Counted from the stretch's first letter, positions 1 to 9,406 are shown. The stretch is DNA of 24,008 nucleotides from Synechococcales cyanobacterium VAR_4_metabat_354 (GCA_031414775.1 JANOQI010000014.1:1-24008), one strand, 5' to 3'. Notes: generated by a model not told the origin, from the letters alone. Numbers and translations: made by a program.

Positions 1-1
1 G

Positions 2-208
2 CTCAATATCGCCAAACTAGACCAACTACCGGAACAGTCTGAAGATGATTCAGAACCTTTGTCTTTTTCCATGGCAACCTACAAGCGACAAGCACTCAAT
101 CGTCATTTACTTGAGCGATTTATTTCCATGTTAGACCTTGATCTGACTTTGATTAAGTCCCATCCCAACTACGCCAGTCTTCTTCAGTACGGTTCTTTGA
201 CACCATAA
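2..208 (+). CDS. C-terminal fragment of a cyanobacterial DDE transposase (5' part lies outside the window)
   Basis: Frame 2 reads LNIAKLDQ...FSMATYKRQALNRHLLERFISMLDLDLTLIKSHPNYASLLQYGSLTP*, which I recall as a cyanobacterial IS transposase C-terminus. TAA at 206-208. Confidence 0.65.
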   Translation, partial: LNIAKLDQLPEQSEDDSEPLSFSMATYKRQALNRHLLERFISMLDLDLTLIKSHPNYASLLQYGSLTP

Positions 209-225
209 ATCTGTCTGGACTATTG
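209..225 (+). mobile_element. Probable right terminal inverted repeat of that IS
   Basis: atctgtctggactattg directly follows the transposase stop. The partner end is outside the window, so it cannot be confirmed. Confidence 0.45.
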
Positions 226-318
226 AGGTATATAGAGGACACTTTGAATCTTGAACCTTTTCTCTGAAAAAGCTTTAAATAATAGCTGTACCTCACCAAC
301 CTTCAAAACGCTGTAAAA

Positions 319-2943
319 CTACGGGAATTTAGCCGCTCGTGGAAAGTAGTTCAAGAAAATAGGATCTTTTGATTCTTGAATTGCTTCTTCAATTAACTTA
401 GCAGTAGGATGAATTTGAGGAAATTTATTGTTATTGACAACTTGATCATTAATAGTAGAATAAGTTTGAGAAAGAGATTCATCAAATATAATTTCATCCC
501 ATGCTTGCCAAATTAATGCAACATAGTGTAGAAAATAGTTTTTAGTTGATAAATCATGAGGATTCTCATTACACAAAGTGTTCTTCATTACATGAAGTGC
601 ACTCTCGGATATTTGATTTGAGGTTGGGTTGTACTTTTTATTCCAATCATTCTGTTGAAAGAAATTTATTCCTAGGCCAAAAACTTCTTCATCTCTTGCA
701 TATAGATTGACCTTCTCGATATCAACTTTATCAATGCATCTAGCAATACCGTATAAAGAATCTGCAATTCTTCGACCAAAACCTAAATAGATGGAGCCTT
801 TTAATGCCAGAATAAAATGTTTGATTGCTTCTTCATAGTTGTAATCAATTAATGTCATATATTCTCCTTCCAGTATTTCCATCTCTGATAATATTGCTGC
901 CTTTAACTTTGGATCTTGACTATACTGTAATCCTTGATTTGCTAATTCTTTTGATGTGTTGAGTAATTGGATCGATTTCTCCCTATTTCCCAAACGAACT
1001 TGAGTACGGCCAGCAAGAGCTAACCAGCGAGCTGTCTTTTGTTTAGATCCTATTTTCATTGAATAGCAGGCAGCAATCAAAAAATATTTACTAGCTTGCT
1101 CGATCTCGGCTTTTCTTTGGGAAAGATAGAAGATGACTCGTGCCGTGTTCCCATATATTTCAGAAAAAGATAAATATGTATCAACTCCTTGATCTTGAAA
1201 TAATCCATTTGGATTTATATCTAACAAAATTTCTTTCGATTGTACTTGTAGAAAATTCTCACTATCTTTGATAGCTGAACTTAGATATGCACCTTCACCA
1301 CGAGACAGCTGATAAAGCAAAATATCAGATCGAATCAAAACTTTTAAAGGCATTAACTCATTTCTCATTTCAGAGTTATCATCTCTTTCTATTTGAATCC
1401 ATTTCTCATTGAAATTTTTCAACAACTCGGGAATTTGTCTTGCATTGCCTCTAATATTATCAAGTCTTAGTTTAAAAGATATCGCTGTAAGATAGAAACG
1501 ATAAAGCTCGATTCGATGACGATCATATATAGATTGATTAATAGGTAACTTATTTATAGTTTCTATTGACTCATTCTCTATCTTCTGTATTTCATTATCA
1601 TTAAAGTTTCGATCTTCAAATTTTAATTCATTAAAAATTTCTCTTACTTTATTCATTCTTTCTCTTAAATTAGAAAGAATTTGGCAAGTATTAAAATAAT
1701 TTTCAATATCAATTTTATTATTTTTTAAAATTTGTCCGTAAATCCAATATTTACCTGCTTCAATTAATGCTTGACAAACAGATTTAATAGAGTCGCGGTC
1801 AACCCAAGAGCCTTGAAATTTTCCGTCTAAAATAACGGTGGTCTCGACGAGTGAATTTGGCGAACTACCTAAAGTCTTAGTTGTTGTCAATAATTTAAAG
1901 CTATATTTATCTTGGTTGTAACCTATTTGCAAAGCAGCTGCACTGACTGCATTAGATAATAGTGTTGATCCAGATGTATAGCTCCAAGTCAAGGGAATTA
2001 CATTTTGTATTTTTGTATTTTCTTTGATACCAAAATCACAGGTTAAAATTGCTCTAGTGACCGGTATTTGAAAATAAATTTTATAGTTTGTCTTTTCCTC
2101 TAATTCCTGAATTATTTTTTGTAAATCAGCTGCAACACTCTGAAAATCGTCACTTTTACTATCTAAATCAAAAGATTTTAAATCTAGTGACACGGATTGA
2201 AAATCAATTTTAACAACTTTTATATATAAAGAAGTTGTTTCCTTTTGCATAAGTTGTTTAAGCAAAATACTTCTGTATAGAGCCATTACTTCTTGGTTAT
2301 TAAGTGTATTTTTCCCTTCTTTAATTAAACCTTTTGCTACATTGTTGAGTTTTCGATCCAATATTGATACAAAATCAATGTTATAAATAGGATTTGACTT
2401 CAAATCAGCTCGAATTATATTAATTGCCTCTTGTGTATTCTCAGAATCAGTAGATGAAGACTGGCTAGAATTAATTTTTCTTAACTGCATCCTCGCGCTA
2501 ATATTAGATATAGAATTTGTTACGATTTCTAGTAGGTCTTCATCAGATAATAGTTTGTCATCTAGCAAAGCTGCAACTTGAACGATTTGACCAAATCTTT
2601 TCTCAGTTACTCTAATCATTTTTGTAATAACAGGTAAAAATCCTGCTGCTACTAATAACTCGTCTGGGCCTCTACCTTTTAAATTTTTTCTTTCTTCATT
2701 AGCAAAAGAACTTTCTTTATTATTATATTCTTTCTCTGTAATAAGCTTGTCATATAAGCTTATGATATCAGAAGGATCTATTGATAAACCTAGTAGTTTT
2801 CCCGTAAGAAAATTTGTTAGCGTGGGACGGCTAATTCCCAATCCAGATCTTATTTCCTCTGTCGTTGCTTTTAATTTTTCTTTGTAGCTATTTAGAAGTT
2901 CTCTAAGTTCGGGTTGACTATTGCGCTTTTTTCTCTGTCCCAT
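319..2943 (-). CDS. 874-aa hypothetical protein: N-terminal XRE-like HTH, central alpha/beta domain, C-terminal TPR-like helical repeats
   Basis: Long ORF. HTH-like segment LRELLNSYKEKLKATTEEIRSGLGISRPTLTNFLTGK; TPR-like helices such as ARWLALAGRTQVRLGNREKSIQLL and YEEAIKHFILALKGSIYLGFGRRIADSLYGIAR. Confidence 0.8.
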   Translation of the reverse strand: MGQRKKRNSQPELRELLNSYKEKLKATTEEIRSGLGISRPTLTNFLTGKLLGLSIDPSDIISLYDKLITEKEYNNKESSFANEERKNLKGRGPDELLVAAGFLPVITKMIRVTEKRFGQIVQVAALLDDKLLSDEDLLEIVTNSISNISARMQLRKINSSQSSSTDSENTQEAINIIRADLKSNPIYNIDFVSILDRKLNNVAKGLIKEGKNTLNNQEVMALYRSILLKQLMQKETTSLYIKVVKIDFQSVSLDLKSFDLDSKSDDFQSVAADLQKIIQELEEKTNYKIYFQIPVTRAILTCDFGIKENTKIQNVIPLTWSYTSGSTLLSNAVSAAALQIGYNQDKYSFKLLTTTKTLGSSPNSLVETTVILDGKFQGSWVDRDSIKSVCQALIEAGKYWIYGQILKNNKIDIENYFNTCQILSNLRERMNKVREIFNELKFEDRNFNDNEIQKIENESIETINKLPINQSIYDRHRIELYRFYLTAISFKLRLDNIRGNARQIPELLKNFNEKWIQIERDDNSEMRNELMPLKVLIRSDILLYQLSRGEGAYLSSAIKDSENFLQVQSKEILLDINPNGLFQDQGVDTYLSFSEIYGNTARVIFYLSQRKAEIEQASKYFLIAACYSMKIGSKQKTARWLALAGRTQVRLGNREKSIQLLNTSKELANQGLQYSQDPKLKAAILSEMEILEGEYMTLIDYNYEEAIKHFILALKGSIYLGFGRRIADSLYGIARCIDKVDIEKVNLYARDEEVFGLGINFFQQNDWNKKYNPTSNQISESALHVMKNTLCNENPHDLSTKNYFLHYVALIWQAWDEIIFDESLSQTYSTINDQVVNNNKFPQIHPTAKLIEEAIQESKDPIFLNYFPRAAKFP

Positions 2944-2967
2944 AAAATTTAGATTTTGTCCTTTAGA

Positions 2968-3276
2968 TTAAAATTGGGTACATCGGGTAATAGTTACTGA
3001 AATCATCGCGAATTCATCACTACTTGAATCTTGCCCTCTTTTCATAGACCAAAAAGAGTACCCTGGAGGACAGCCCGAATCTGGCTGGTCTTCAGTTGTA
3101 AACTCGATTCCTATTGCCCCTGAAGGCAATGGGCCATTATATGCCTTCACCTTTGGGATGCAGGAACAGTAAGGGAAGTTTAGTGATCTCCCCCAAATTT
3201 CACTACTTCTAACTTGCTCTCTAGCCGTTTCTGCCGTTTGAGTAGGCGATTCAAGCCGATGATATAGTGTAATCAT
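2968..3276 (-). CDS. 102-aa protein resembling a stand-alone polymorphic (RHS-type) toxin tip domain
   Basis: GGAG RBS just before the ATG; 24 bp upstream of the 874-aa gene. Motifs LYHRLESPTQT...EIWG...VKAYNGPLP...GIEFTT recalled from RHS C-terminal domains. Confidence 0.6.
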   Translation of the reverse strand: MITLYHRLESPTQTAETAREQVRSSEIWGRSLNFPYCSCIPKVKAYNGPLPSGAIGIEFTTEDQPDSGCPPGYSFWSMKRGQDSSSDEFAMISVTITRCTQF

Positions 3277-3492
3277 AGGACTCCATCTCTTCAGAATTCA
3301 TACTTTAAACTTTAGCTCTTTCGATAAAGCTTGCATAGACTTTTTATTTTATAAATTAGAGACTTAGCTTTTATTCATCATTATTTAATCTATAACTAGT
3401 TAAAGGTACAAACCCTCTTTGAATAAAGCTTTGAGATTTATTTATTTGTAGCCATAAGGCTATGTACTGAGATAGCATAGCTATCACATAAC

Positions 3493-3525
3493 AAAATATG
3501 TAAAATAAAAATATGTAAAATAAAA
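3493..3525. repeat. Tandem duplication of aaaatatgtaaaata (2 x 15 bp plus aaa) in the divergent promoter region
   Basis: 3493-3507 and 3508-3522 are identical. Confidence 0.85.
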
Positions 3526-3593
3526 CACCACTATCTATAAATCAGAATTTAGTAATAAAATTAAGCTGTAAATATAATTTAGTAAACAGGGCA

Positions 3594-3959
3594 ATGAAAG
3601 ATAACAGTGCCTTTCAAGACTATATAGATAGATTTGAAGAAATAACCAATGCAACTATGCCTGTTGCATTTCTATCAATAAATCCTGACGAATTGGAGAA
3701 AAGAGCAAAGCTACATTTCCGTAAAGGATATGATGATTTAGACTACCTGCGCTTTGCAATGGTTGAGTTACCAACAGACGTATTTTCCTTGGTTTATCAT
3801 GAACGTTCCCCTGAGTTGGGAGTAGAGTTGTGTATCGATCCTCAATGCCAAAATATTTCTGCAATAATTCAATCCGCGATAGAACTATTAAAAATTGAGC
3901 CTAAACACATTCGATGGTTAAAAGAGTCAATGCCAGAAAATCATTACCTTCAAGCTTAA
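3594..3959 (+). CDS. 121-aa hypothetical protein, immunity-protein-like
   Basis: Clean ORF divergent from the toxin-like gene; small and acidic, with motif PVAFLSINPDEL...F..GYDDLDYLRFA. Confidence 0.65.
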   Translation: MKDNSAFQDYIDRFEEITNATMPVAFLSINPDELEKRAKLHFRKGYDDLDYLRFAMVELPTDVFSLVYHERSPELGVELCIDPQCQNISAIIQSAIELLKIEPKHIRWLKESMPENHYLQA

Positions 3960-4035
3960 TTGGTGTCTCACTCGCTTTCAGGTGATACGTACTTACTTAG
4001 ATTTCTCCAAAATTTGTTATTAACCATACGTTCCT

Positions 4036-4050
4036 GTCATTTTTACACTT
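4036..4050 (+). repeat. Direct repeat copy 1 (gtcatttttacactt), candidate att site
   Basis: Lies 3 bp beyond the recombinase stop; matches 10573-10588 except for one inserted g. Confidence 0.4.
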
Positions 4051-4053
4051 TAC

Positions 4054-5049
4054 TCAGAGCGAATCCAACAAATCCCCCAACTCCTTAGTAGCTCTCCGCT
4101 GAAGCTGATGACGACTATCATCATAGATCGCCAATGTCCGGGGGTCTTTGTGCCTCGATAATGACTGGGCAACTCTGATATTGCCATCGCTAGCATCCAA
4201 ATAAGCAGTAATAGCACTATGCCTGACTCGATGTGGAGAGATCTGAACTTCAGCGAGGTCAGCATAGCTCTTCAGAATGCGGAAGACATCGGTACCAGAG
4301 AGCCGCCGACCATTGCAGCTGATGAACATTGCTGAGTCGCAGTCACTGCCATCCTTCGGTGAGAAGTAAAGACCAGCCCGAAAGGTCACCCATTCATCCA
4401 ATGCCTCAATGACTTGGGGATTGAGATCGATCGACTGCTGATCAATTTGACCCTTACCCAAAACCATCAGCCTCCCTTCTTTTGGTAGATAATCGCTGAG
4501 ATCGAGGGTGACAATTTCTTCACGGCGGAGCGCATTATCCCACAGCAGCCGCAGGATTCCGTAATCGCGTCTCCCAAGATCGGTGGTTCGATCGACCCAA
4601 CCCAGAACCTCACGATAATTCTCCACTGGCACTCCCCGCGTATTTTTGTAGGGCTGGCCTTTAAGAGATTTGATCTCGCTGAGGGAGAAACTGCAAGCCT
4701 CGCACCGCCGAGCATACTCTACCAAAGATTTTAGGGCTGATAACCTTTGGTTAATAGTGGCTGATGACTTTCCCTGATTGATCATGCGCTGTCGCCACTC
4801 CAGCACTAGTAGGATCGCGTTTTTCTTAGGCAACTCCAGGAATTCTGGTAGGAAAATCGCCGGGGCTTTCTCCGTGGCCATTGCTTGGCAGAAGTAATTG
4901 ATGGCCTTGCCATACTCTCGGCGCGTGCTGGGCTTGAGCTGAAGGCGCAGGAATTCTTCCCAGAGGGTATTGGAGCGATCGGATGCGTCTACCAGTTCCA
5001 ATGCGGTGTTGGCAACTTTGATCAGCTGGGGGGTGGGGATGGACTTCAA
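4054..5049 (-). CDS. Tyrosine recombinase/integrase (XerC/D-like fold)
   Basis: Catalytic set present: R (NALRREE), K (LGKG), HxxR (SPHRVRHS), H (LSRHKD), Y (TLAIYDD). TTG start overlaps the upstream TGA (TTGA). Confidence 0.92.
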   Translation of the reverse strand: MKSIPTPQLIKVANTALELVDASDRSNTLWEEFLRLQLKPSTRREYGKAINYFCQAMATEKAPAIFLPEFLELPKKNAILLVLEWRQRMINQGKSSATINQRLSALKSLVEYARRCEACSFSLSEIKSLKGQPYKNTRGVPVENYREVLGWVDRTTDLGRRDYGILRLLWDNALRREEIVTLDLSDYLPKEGRLMVLGKGQIDQQSIDLNPQVIEALDEWVTFRAGLYFSPKDGSDCDSAMFISCNGRRLSGTDVFRILKSYADLAEVQISPHRVRHSAITAYLDASDGNIRVAQSLSRHKDPRTLAIYDDSRHQLQRRATKELGDLLDSL

Positions 5050-5528
5050 GATACGCCATCCACAGTATTAGTGATGTGTCCAGAAGAAGCAAAGATCGGA
5101 TCGCGTTCGATCACAAACCACTCATGATAGACAAGTGCTAACCAAAATTCTTCTCCGGCTACCTTATCGCAAACGGCTAAATAGCCAATGTCTGACCAAT
5201 GACTTCCATAGGTCGTATCCTTCAAAAATATCGTGACTGAATTTCCATCCGCGCTCCAAATAGTCCTGACAACCTCGATATTAGGATGATGTTTCAGTGG
5301 GATTGGTAGTAAAACGGGACGATTGTCGATGACAAGGAATTCTGGAATCTCCTCTCGTTGGCGAGGAGTCGGCAATAAATCTGGACGATTTTCAAATATT
5401 AATGGCTCTGGATCATCATCAAGGACAGATTCCCAATCGAATGGACCTTCATGTTTTTCAACGATGCTATCCCATCGCACTTTGGCAATTTTTTGACGGG
5501 TTAATTCCGACAAATCTGCTAATTTCAT
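5046..5528 (-). CDS. Conserved hypothetical protein (~160 aa)
   Basis: ATG at 5528 overlaps the upstream TAA (TAATG coupling), giving MKLADLSELTRQKIAKVRWD...; its stop overlaps the recombinase start. Confidence 0.75.
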   Translation of the reverse strand: MKLADLSELTRQKIAKVRWDSIVEKHEGPFDWESVLDDDPEPLIFENRPDLLPTPRQREEIPEFLVIDNRPVLLPIPLKHHPNIEVVRTIWSADGNSVTIFLKDTTYGSHWSDIGYLAVCDKVAGEEFWLALVYHEWFVIERDPIFASSGHITNTVDGVS

Positions 5529-6124
5529 TAATGTTCCACCATCCACTTAAGAATCCCTAAAATCCGCTCAACCGGAGTAACATAATATTCATTGGCATCG
5601 ATCGTCACGTCCTTTTCCTCCAGCTTGAGAAATTGCCATAGTTTGCCACTGGTTACACAGCCGTACACCACCGGAATCTCTTGGCATTCACTCTTGTTAA
5701 ATAATTGTGCGGCCACCATTTCTGCCACGCACTGGCCCAAGCCCACATCTAACTCGCCTTTTTTCGCTTCCACCAGCATGATTACCGGAGCCTCGATAAT
5801 GTATGAAGTCATCGATTTACTTAAAAGGAAATCGCAAAACCCATTCAAGCCAAGTTCTCGATCAACATTAAACTCTTCACCAGAAAACAATTGGATAGGT
5901 TCATGAACTAGTCGGCGCAATTCAGTCAAGATGGGACTAACCAAGAGTTCGGACTTAGCCTTTTCTGATTTAGCTCTTTGTGCCAAGGGCAACCACTGCT
6001 GAAAAATTGTCAGGAATTCAGGCTGTGGATCAGCAGTGGGCAAAGGCTCACAAAAGGGAGCATCCAAGATATTCAATCCAAATTGATGCTTGACGCTGGT
6101 TAGCGTGAAGTTATTGTACGCCAT
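5528..6124 (-). CDS. Cyanobacterial PD-(D/E)xK restriction-endonuclease-fold protein
   Basis: Motifs GFCDFLL...VEAKKG...GLGQCVAEMVAAQLFN...VYGCVTSGKLWQFL. Confidence 0.75.
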   Translation of the reverse strand: MAYNNFTLTSVKHQFGLNILDAPFCEPLPTADPQPEFLTIFQQWLPLAQRAKSEKAKSELLVSPILTELRRLVHEPIQLFSGEEFNVDRELGLNGFCDFLLSKSMTSYIIEAPVIMLVEAKKGELDVGLGQCVAEMVAAQLFNKSECQEIPVVYGCVTSGKLWQFLKLEEKDVTIDANEYYVTPVERILGILKWMVEH

Positions 6125-6163
6125 AGAGATGCCTTAGGAGCAGGTACTAGAGCAATTGTACCA

Positions 6164-6177
6164 TGTACATGTGTACG
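6164..6177. promoter_or_regulatory. Possible cyanobacterial LexA box (tGTACatgtGTACg)
   Basis: GTAC-N4-GTAC; one mismatch (first base) to RGTACNNNDGTWCB; 39 bp upstream of the operon ending in the recombinase. Confidence 0.35.
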
Positions 6178-6292
6178 AAAAGATGTATTTGCGTACATCC
6201 GACAAACATCCTACAAAATTGGGTTTATGGAGAATGCCATGATAAAATTGAACAGTTGCAAACCAACTATCATTAACGCTTAGAGGTTTCCG

Positions 6293-6901
6293 ATGACAGT
6301 CGTGCCTAGATCGTCGCTCATCAAAGTTCAAATTAGCCAGGGAGATGTTCGCACTATTCAGCGGGGGAAAACCTGGGCACAGTATGAGCACCTCCAACAG
6401 GGCTTTGAGAATACCCGTGGAGTTAAATTATTCTTTTACAACAGCACGATTGAGATTCTGATGCCTAGTGAAGCCCATGAAATGTTCAAAAAGATTATTG
6501 CAATCTTGATTGAGGCATTTTTGATCGATCGCCAAGTTGAATTTAAGCCAACTGGCTCGATGACCCAAAAGCGAGAAGGCTTTGCCGCAGCAGAAGCGGA
6601 TGAATCTTATGAAATTCAGGGTGTCAAGCTCTCGATCGAAGTCAATTTCACTAGTGGTGATATCTCGAAGCTTGAGTGTTACCAAGCCTTAGAAGTCGAT
6701 GAAGTCTGGTTTTGGGAAGATGGCACCTTAGAAGTTTACTCCTTGCAGCCTGATGGCTATCAAAAAGTGAGCCATAGTCATATTCCGGTACTTGCACCGA
6801 TCGACCTCTCAGTCCTGGCCGAATGTATATTAATCGGAGAAACATCTCGCATCCAAGCCATTAATCAATTTTTGGCAATGCATCCAAAAACTAAAATCTG
6901 A
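6293..6901 (+). CDS. Uma2 (DUF820) family endonuclease-fold protein
   Basis: TWAQYE...IEILMPSEAHE...GSMT...EADESY...IEVNFTS...KLECYQALEVDEVWFW. Confidence 0.88.
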   Translation: MTVVPRSSLIKVQISQGDVRTIQRGKTWAQYEHLQQGFENTRGVKLFFYNSTIEILMPSEAHEMFKKIIAILIEAFLIDRQVEFKPTGSMTQKREGFAAAEADESYEIQGVKLSIEVNFTSGDISKLECYQALEVDEVWFWEDGTLEVYSLQPDGYQKVSHSHIPVLAPIDLSVLAECILIGETSRIQAINQFLAMHPKTKI

Positions 6902-6943
6902 TGGATAGGCAACCACCTACAACGATAATTCACTCTTAACCCA

Positions 6944-9406
6944 ATGCCTGAAAACAATAACCACCATTTCCGAGGAATCGTCACCGGTCACATCACCCGC
7001 AGTAAAGATAAAAAACTACAAATCCAATTATCAGATGGCTCTACTTTCAAGGTCGGAGGCGATGCCGCCAAGGAATCACCCGAAGTAGGACAATGGCGAG
7101 TAGTGCCCCTGACTGCTTCAACCGGGGAAGTAACCGCCTTAAAAATACTAGAAAAGCTAAGTGGCCAAGAAGAAGATGGCTTTCAGTTAGTGGGACAAGT
7201 AGGCCAGATAGCCAAAAAGAAAAGGACTGGTCTCGTTGAAATCCAAGAAGCAAAGTCATCATTGAAGCTGACCATCAGCAATTTTCCGGAAGATTTAGTT
7301 ACCAACGACCAGGTGAACATTACAGCTCACTTGGTGGGTAATAAGCTGCAAGTAGTAACAGCAGACCACCCTGATGCCCAGAACATTGTCAATGCGCCAG
7401 TTCCTCGCAACCTTGATGCCGAGCAGATTGATAGGTCAGCTCCAGAGTTTTCCGAAATTGCCCAGGCGGCTCTAACCCGAGAAACTGGCCTGAAAAATTG
7501 GCAACTATCCGAACCTACCGTCCAGAAAAAGTGTTGGGAATGGGTAGCCACTAATAAAGCGATGACCACCCGCGTGATGGTCAATGCCATTACCAAGGAA
7601 GCCGAGGTAGCCTATTACGAGACGATCGCTCCAGAACCAGCCGTAGTAAAGGAACATCATGACAGGCTTAATGTTACGCCGTTGGGAGCCGCCCGTAGTA
7701 TTGGGGCTTCTTGCTTTCGGGTAGAGATTGGTCCCTATGAAATAATCTTGGATGCAGGGACTCGTCCTAAAGGTAGCCAACCTTTGCCAGAGTTCGATCT
7801 TATTCACAATCCCAACCTGATACTAATCACCCACGCTCATCAAGATCATATTGGAGCTTTGCCGGTGTTCCATCGGTTGTTTGGAGCGACCCCAATGATC
7901 TGTAGCTTTGGTACTAAAGAAATTGCTGAAGTAATGCTGACGGACTGTTTGAAAGTCCAAGAACTCAGTGAAGATTTCCAGTCACTATTTGATGAGAGTG
8001 ATTTGTACGCCACGCTATTTCATCTCCAGACCCAGACAGTCGGGGAAGACTTTAGCCCCTTACCCGGTTTAAAAGTGCGCTTTATTCCGGCTGGTCATAT
8101 TGTAGGGGCTGTTTGCATCTACTTAGAGTATGGCGACAGGTCGCTACTTTATACCGGTGATTACAACACCACTTCCAGCCGCACCACCGATGGATTGCGG
8201 TTAGAAGATTTACCCCAGGCCGAGATGTTGATTACTGAATCAACCTATGGCAGTGATGTCCATCCTTCCCGCCGCAGTCAAGAAGGTGAATTATTGCAAG
8301 CGATCGCAGAGGTGGTGGAAGCTGGCGGGAATGTATTGATTCCAGCCTTTGCCCTGGGGCGCGCGCAGGAAATTATCTTGGCTTTGCGCACCAGCAGCTT
8401 ATTCCATACTTTAAATATTCCCATTTACGTCGATGGATTAGTCCGGCCAGTCACCAGCGTTTTTCAAGACAATTTAGACCTGCTGCCCAAAGCGGTGGCT
8501 AACTTTGCCAAGATCGGTAGAAAAGATCCATTTTTTGACACCACTTCTACTCCACCAATTATTTGTATTAATTCGCCCCGTGAACGACCGTTAGCGATCG
8601 CTAAACCTTCAGTGATTATTGCTAGCTCTGGGATGATGACTGGGGGTGCCAGTGTTTACTACGGCAAGATTTTGTTAGAGCGAGAAAATGCGGCGGTGTT
8701 CATCTCTGGCTATACCGACGAGGAATCCCCCGGACGGTTGTTACAGGGTTTGGAGTCTGGCACCGAAATCGAGTTGGATGGCACCAAGTTAACTGTCAGG
8801 TCGCAGATTCGGAAGTTTAATTTATCTGCCCATGCCGATCGAGTGGGACTGACGCAGGTAATTCACCGGGTAGCACCAAAGCATTTGATTTTAGTACATG
8901 GTTCGCCCTATGCTTTGCAGCAGCTATCACACACTGGCGATCTACAAAGTCGTTATTGGATTCATATTCCTAAAATTGGGGATACGATTTCTTTTGGGAT
9001 ACCGCCAGAGCATATCTCAGCACAGCAATTAGCTAAGGTTGATGCGGTGCAAGAATTTGAAGTGGAAGTAACTGCTGAATATGATGGCATGTGGTTACGG
9101 GTACCAGAGCATGTTTTAACTGACCCGCGCTGGCAACGATTTACCACTACTGGGACTCTGCAAGCGCAATGGAGTAAGCGGGGAGTGTTGGAGTTACGCA
9201 CGGCTAGAGTGACTAACAGTGATGTGGAAAAAGCTTTGCTGGAAGGGATTGATTGTTGTGCAGTCTGTATTGCTTTGAAGGGTGGTGCTTGTCGCGAGAT
9301 TGAAAGTCCGCTTTATGGGATGACTGTAGACCCTGCGGGTACCTGTCAGGAGTTTCAGTTGAGATCGTCTTTGGTGTCAGAGACTCAGGTTCAGGAAGAT
9401 GCCTAA
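6944..9406 (+). CDS. MBL-fold beta-CASP nuclease with ~240-aa N-terminal extension and Cys-rich C-terminus
   Basis: Motifs ILDAG, THAHQDH, AGHIVG, YTGD, ITESTYG, SAHAD, LVHG (His in motif C, typical of RNA-acting members); C-terminal CCAVC...C...C. Confidence 0.9.
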   Translation: MPENNNHHFRGIVTGHITRSKDKKLQIQLSDGSTFKVGGDAAKESPEVGQWRVVPLTASTGEVTALKILEKLSGQEEDGFQLVGQVGQIAKKKRTGLVEIQEAKSSLKLTISNFPEDLVTNDQVNITAHLVGNKLQVVTADHPDAQNIVNAPVPRNLDAEQIDRSAPEFSEIAQAALTRETGLKNWQLSEPTVQKKCWEWVATNKAMTTRVMVNAITKEAEVAYYETIAPEPAVVKEHHDRLNVTPLGAARSIGASCFRVEIGPYEIILDAGTRPKGSQPLPEFDLIHNPNLILITHAHQDHIGALPVFHRLFGATPMICSFGTKEIAEVMLTDCLKVQELSEDFQSLFDESDLYATLFHLQTQTVGEDFSPLPGLKVRFIPAGHIVGAVCIYLEYGDRSLLYTGDYNTTSSRTTDGLRLEDLPQAEMLITESTYGSDVHPSRRSQEGELLQAIAEVVEAGGNVLIPAFALGRAQEIILALRTSSLFHTLNIPIYVDGLVRPVTSVFQDNLDLLPKAVANFAKIGRKDPFFDTTSTPPIICINSPRERPLAIAKPSVIIASSGMMTGGASVYYGKILLERENAAVFISGYTDEESPGRLLQGLESGTEIELDGTKLTVRSQIRKFNLSAHADRVGLTQVIHRVAPKHLILVHGSPYALQQLSHTGDLQSRYWIHIPKIGDTISFGIPPEHISAQQLAKVDAVQEFEVEVTAEYDGMWLRVPEHVLTDPRWQRFTTTGTLQAQWSKRGVLELRTARVTNSDVEKALLEGIDCCAVCIALKGGACREIESPLYGMTVDPAGTCQEFQLRSSLVSETQVQEDA

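Noticed and set aside
6182..6199. NtcA site
   Set aside because: The spacing is GTA-N6-TAC, not the required GTA-N8-TAC.
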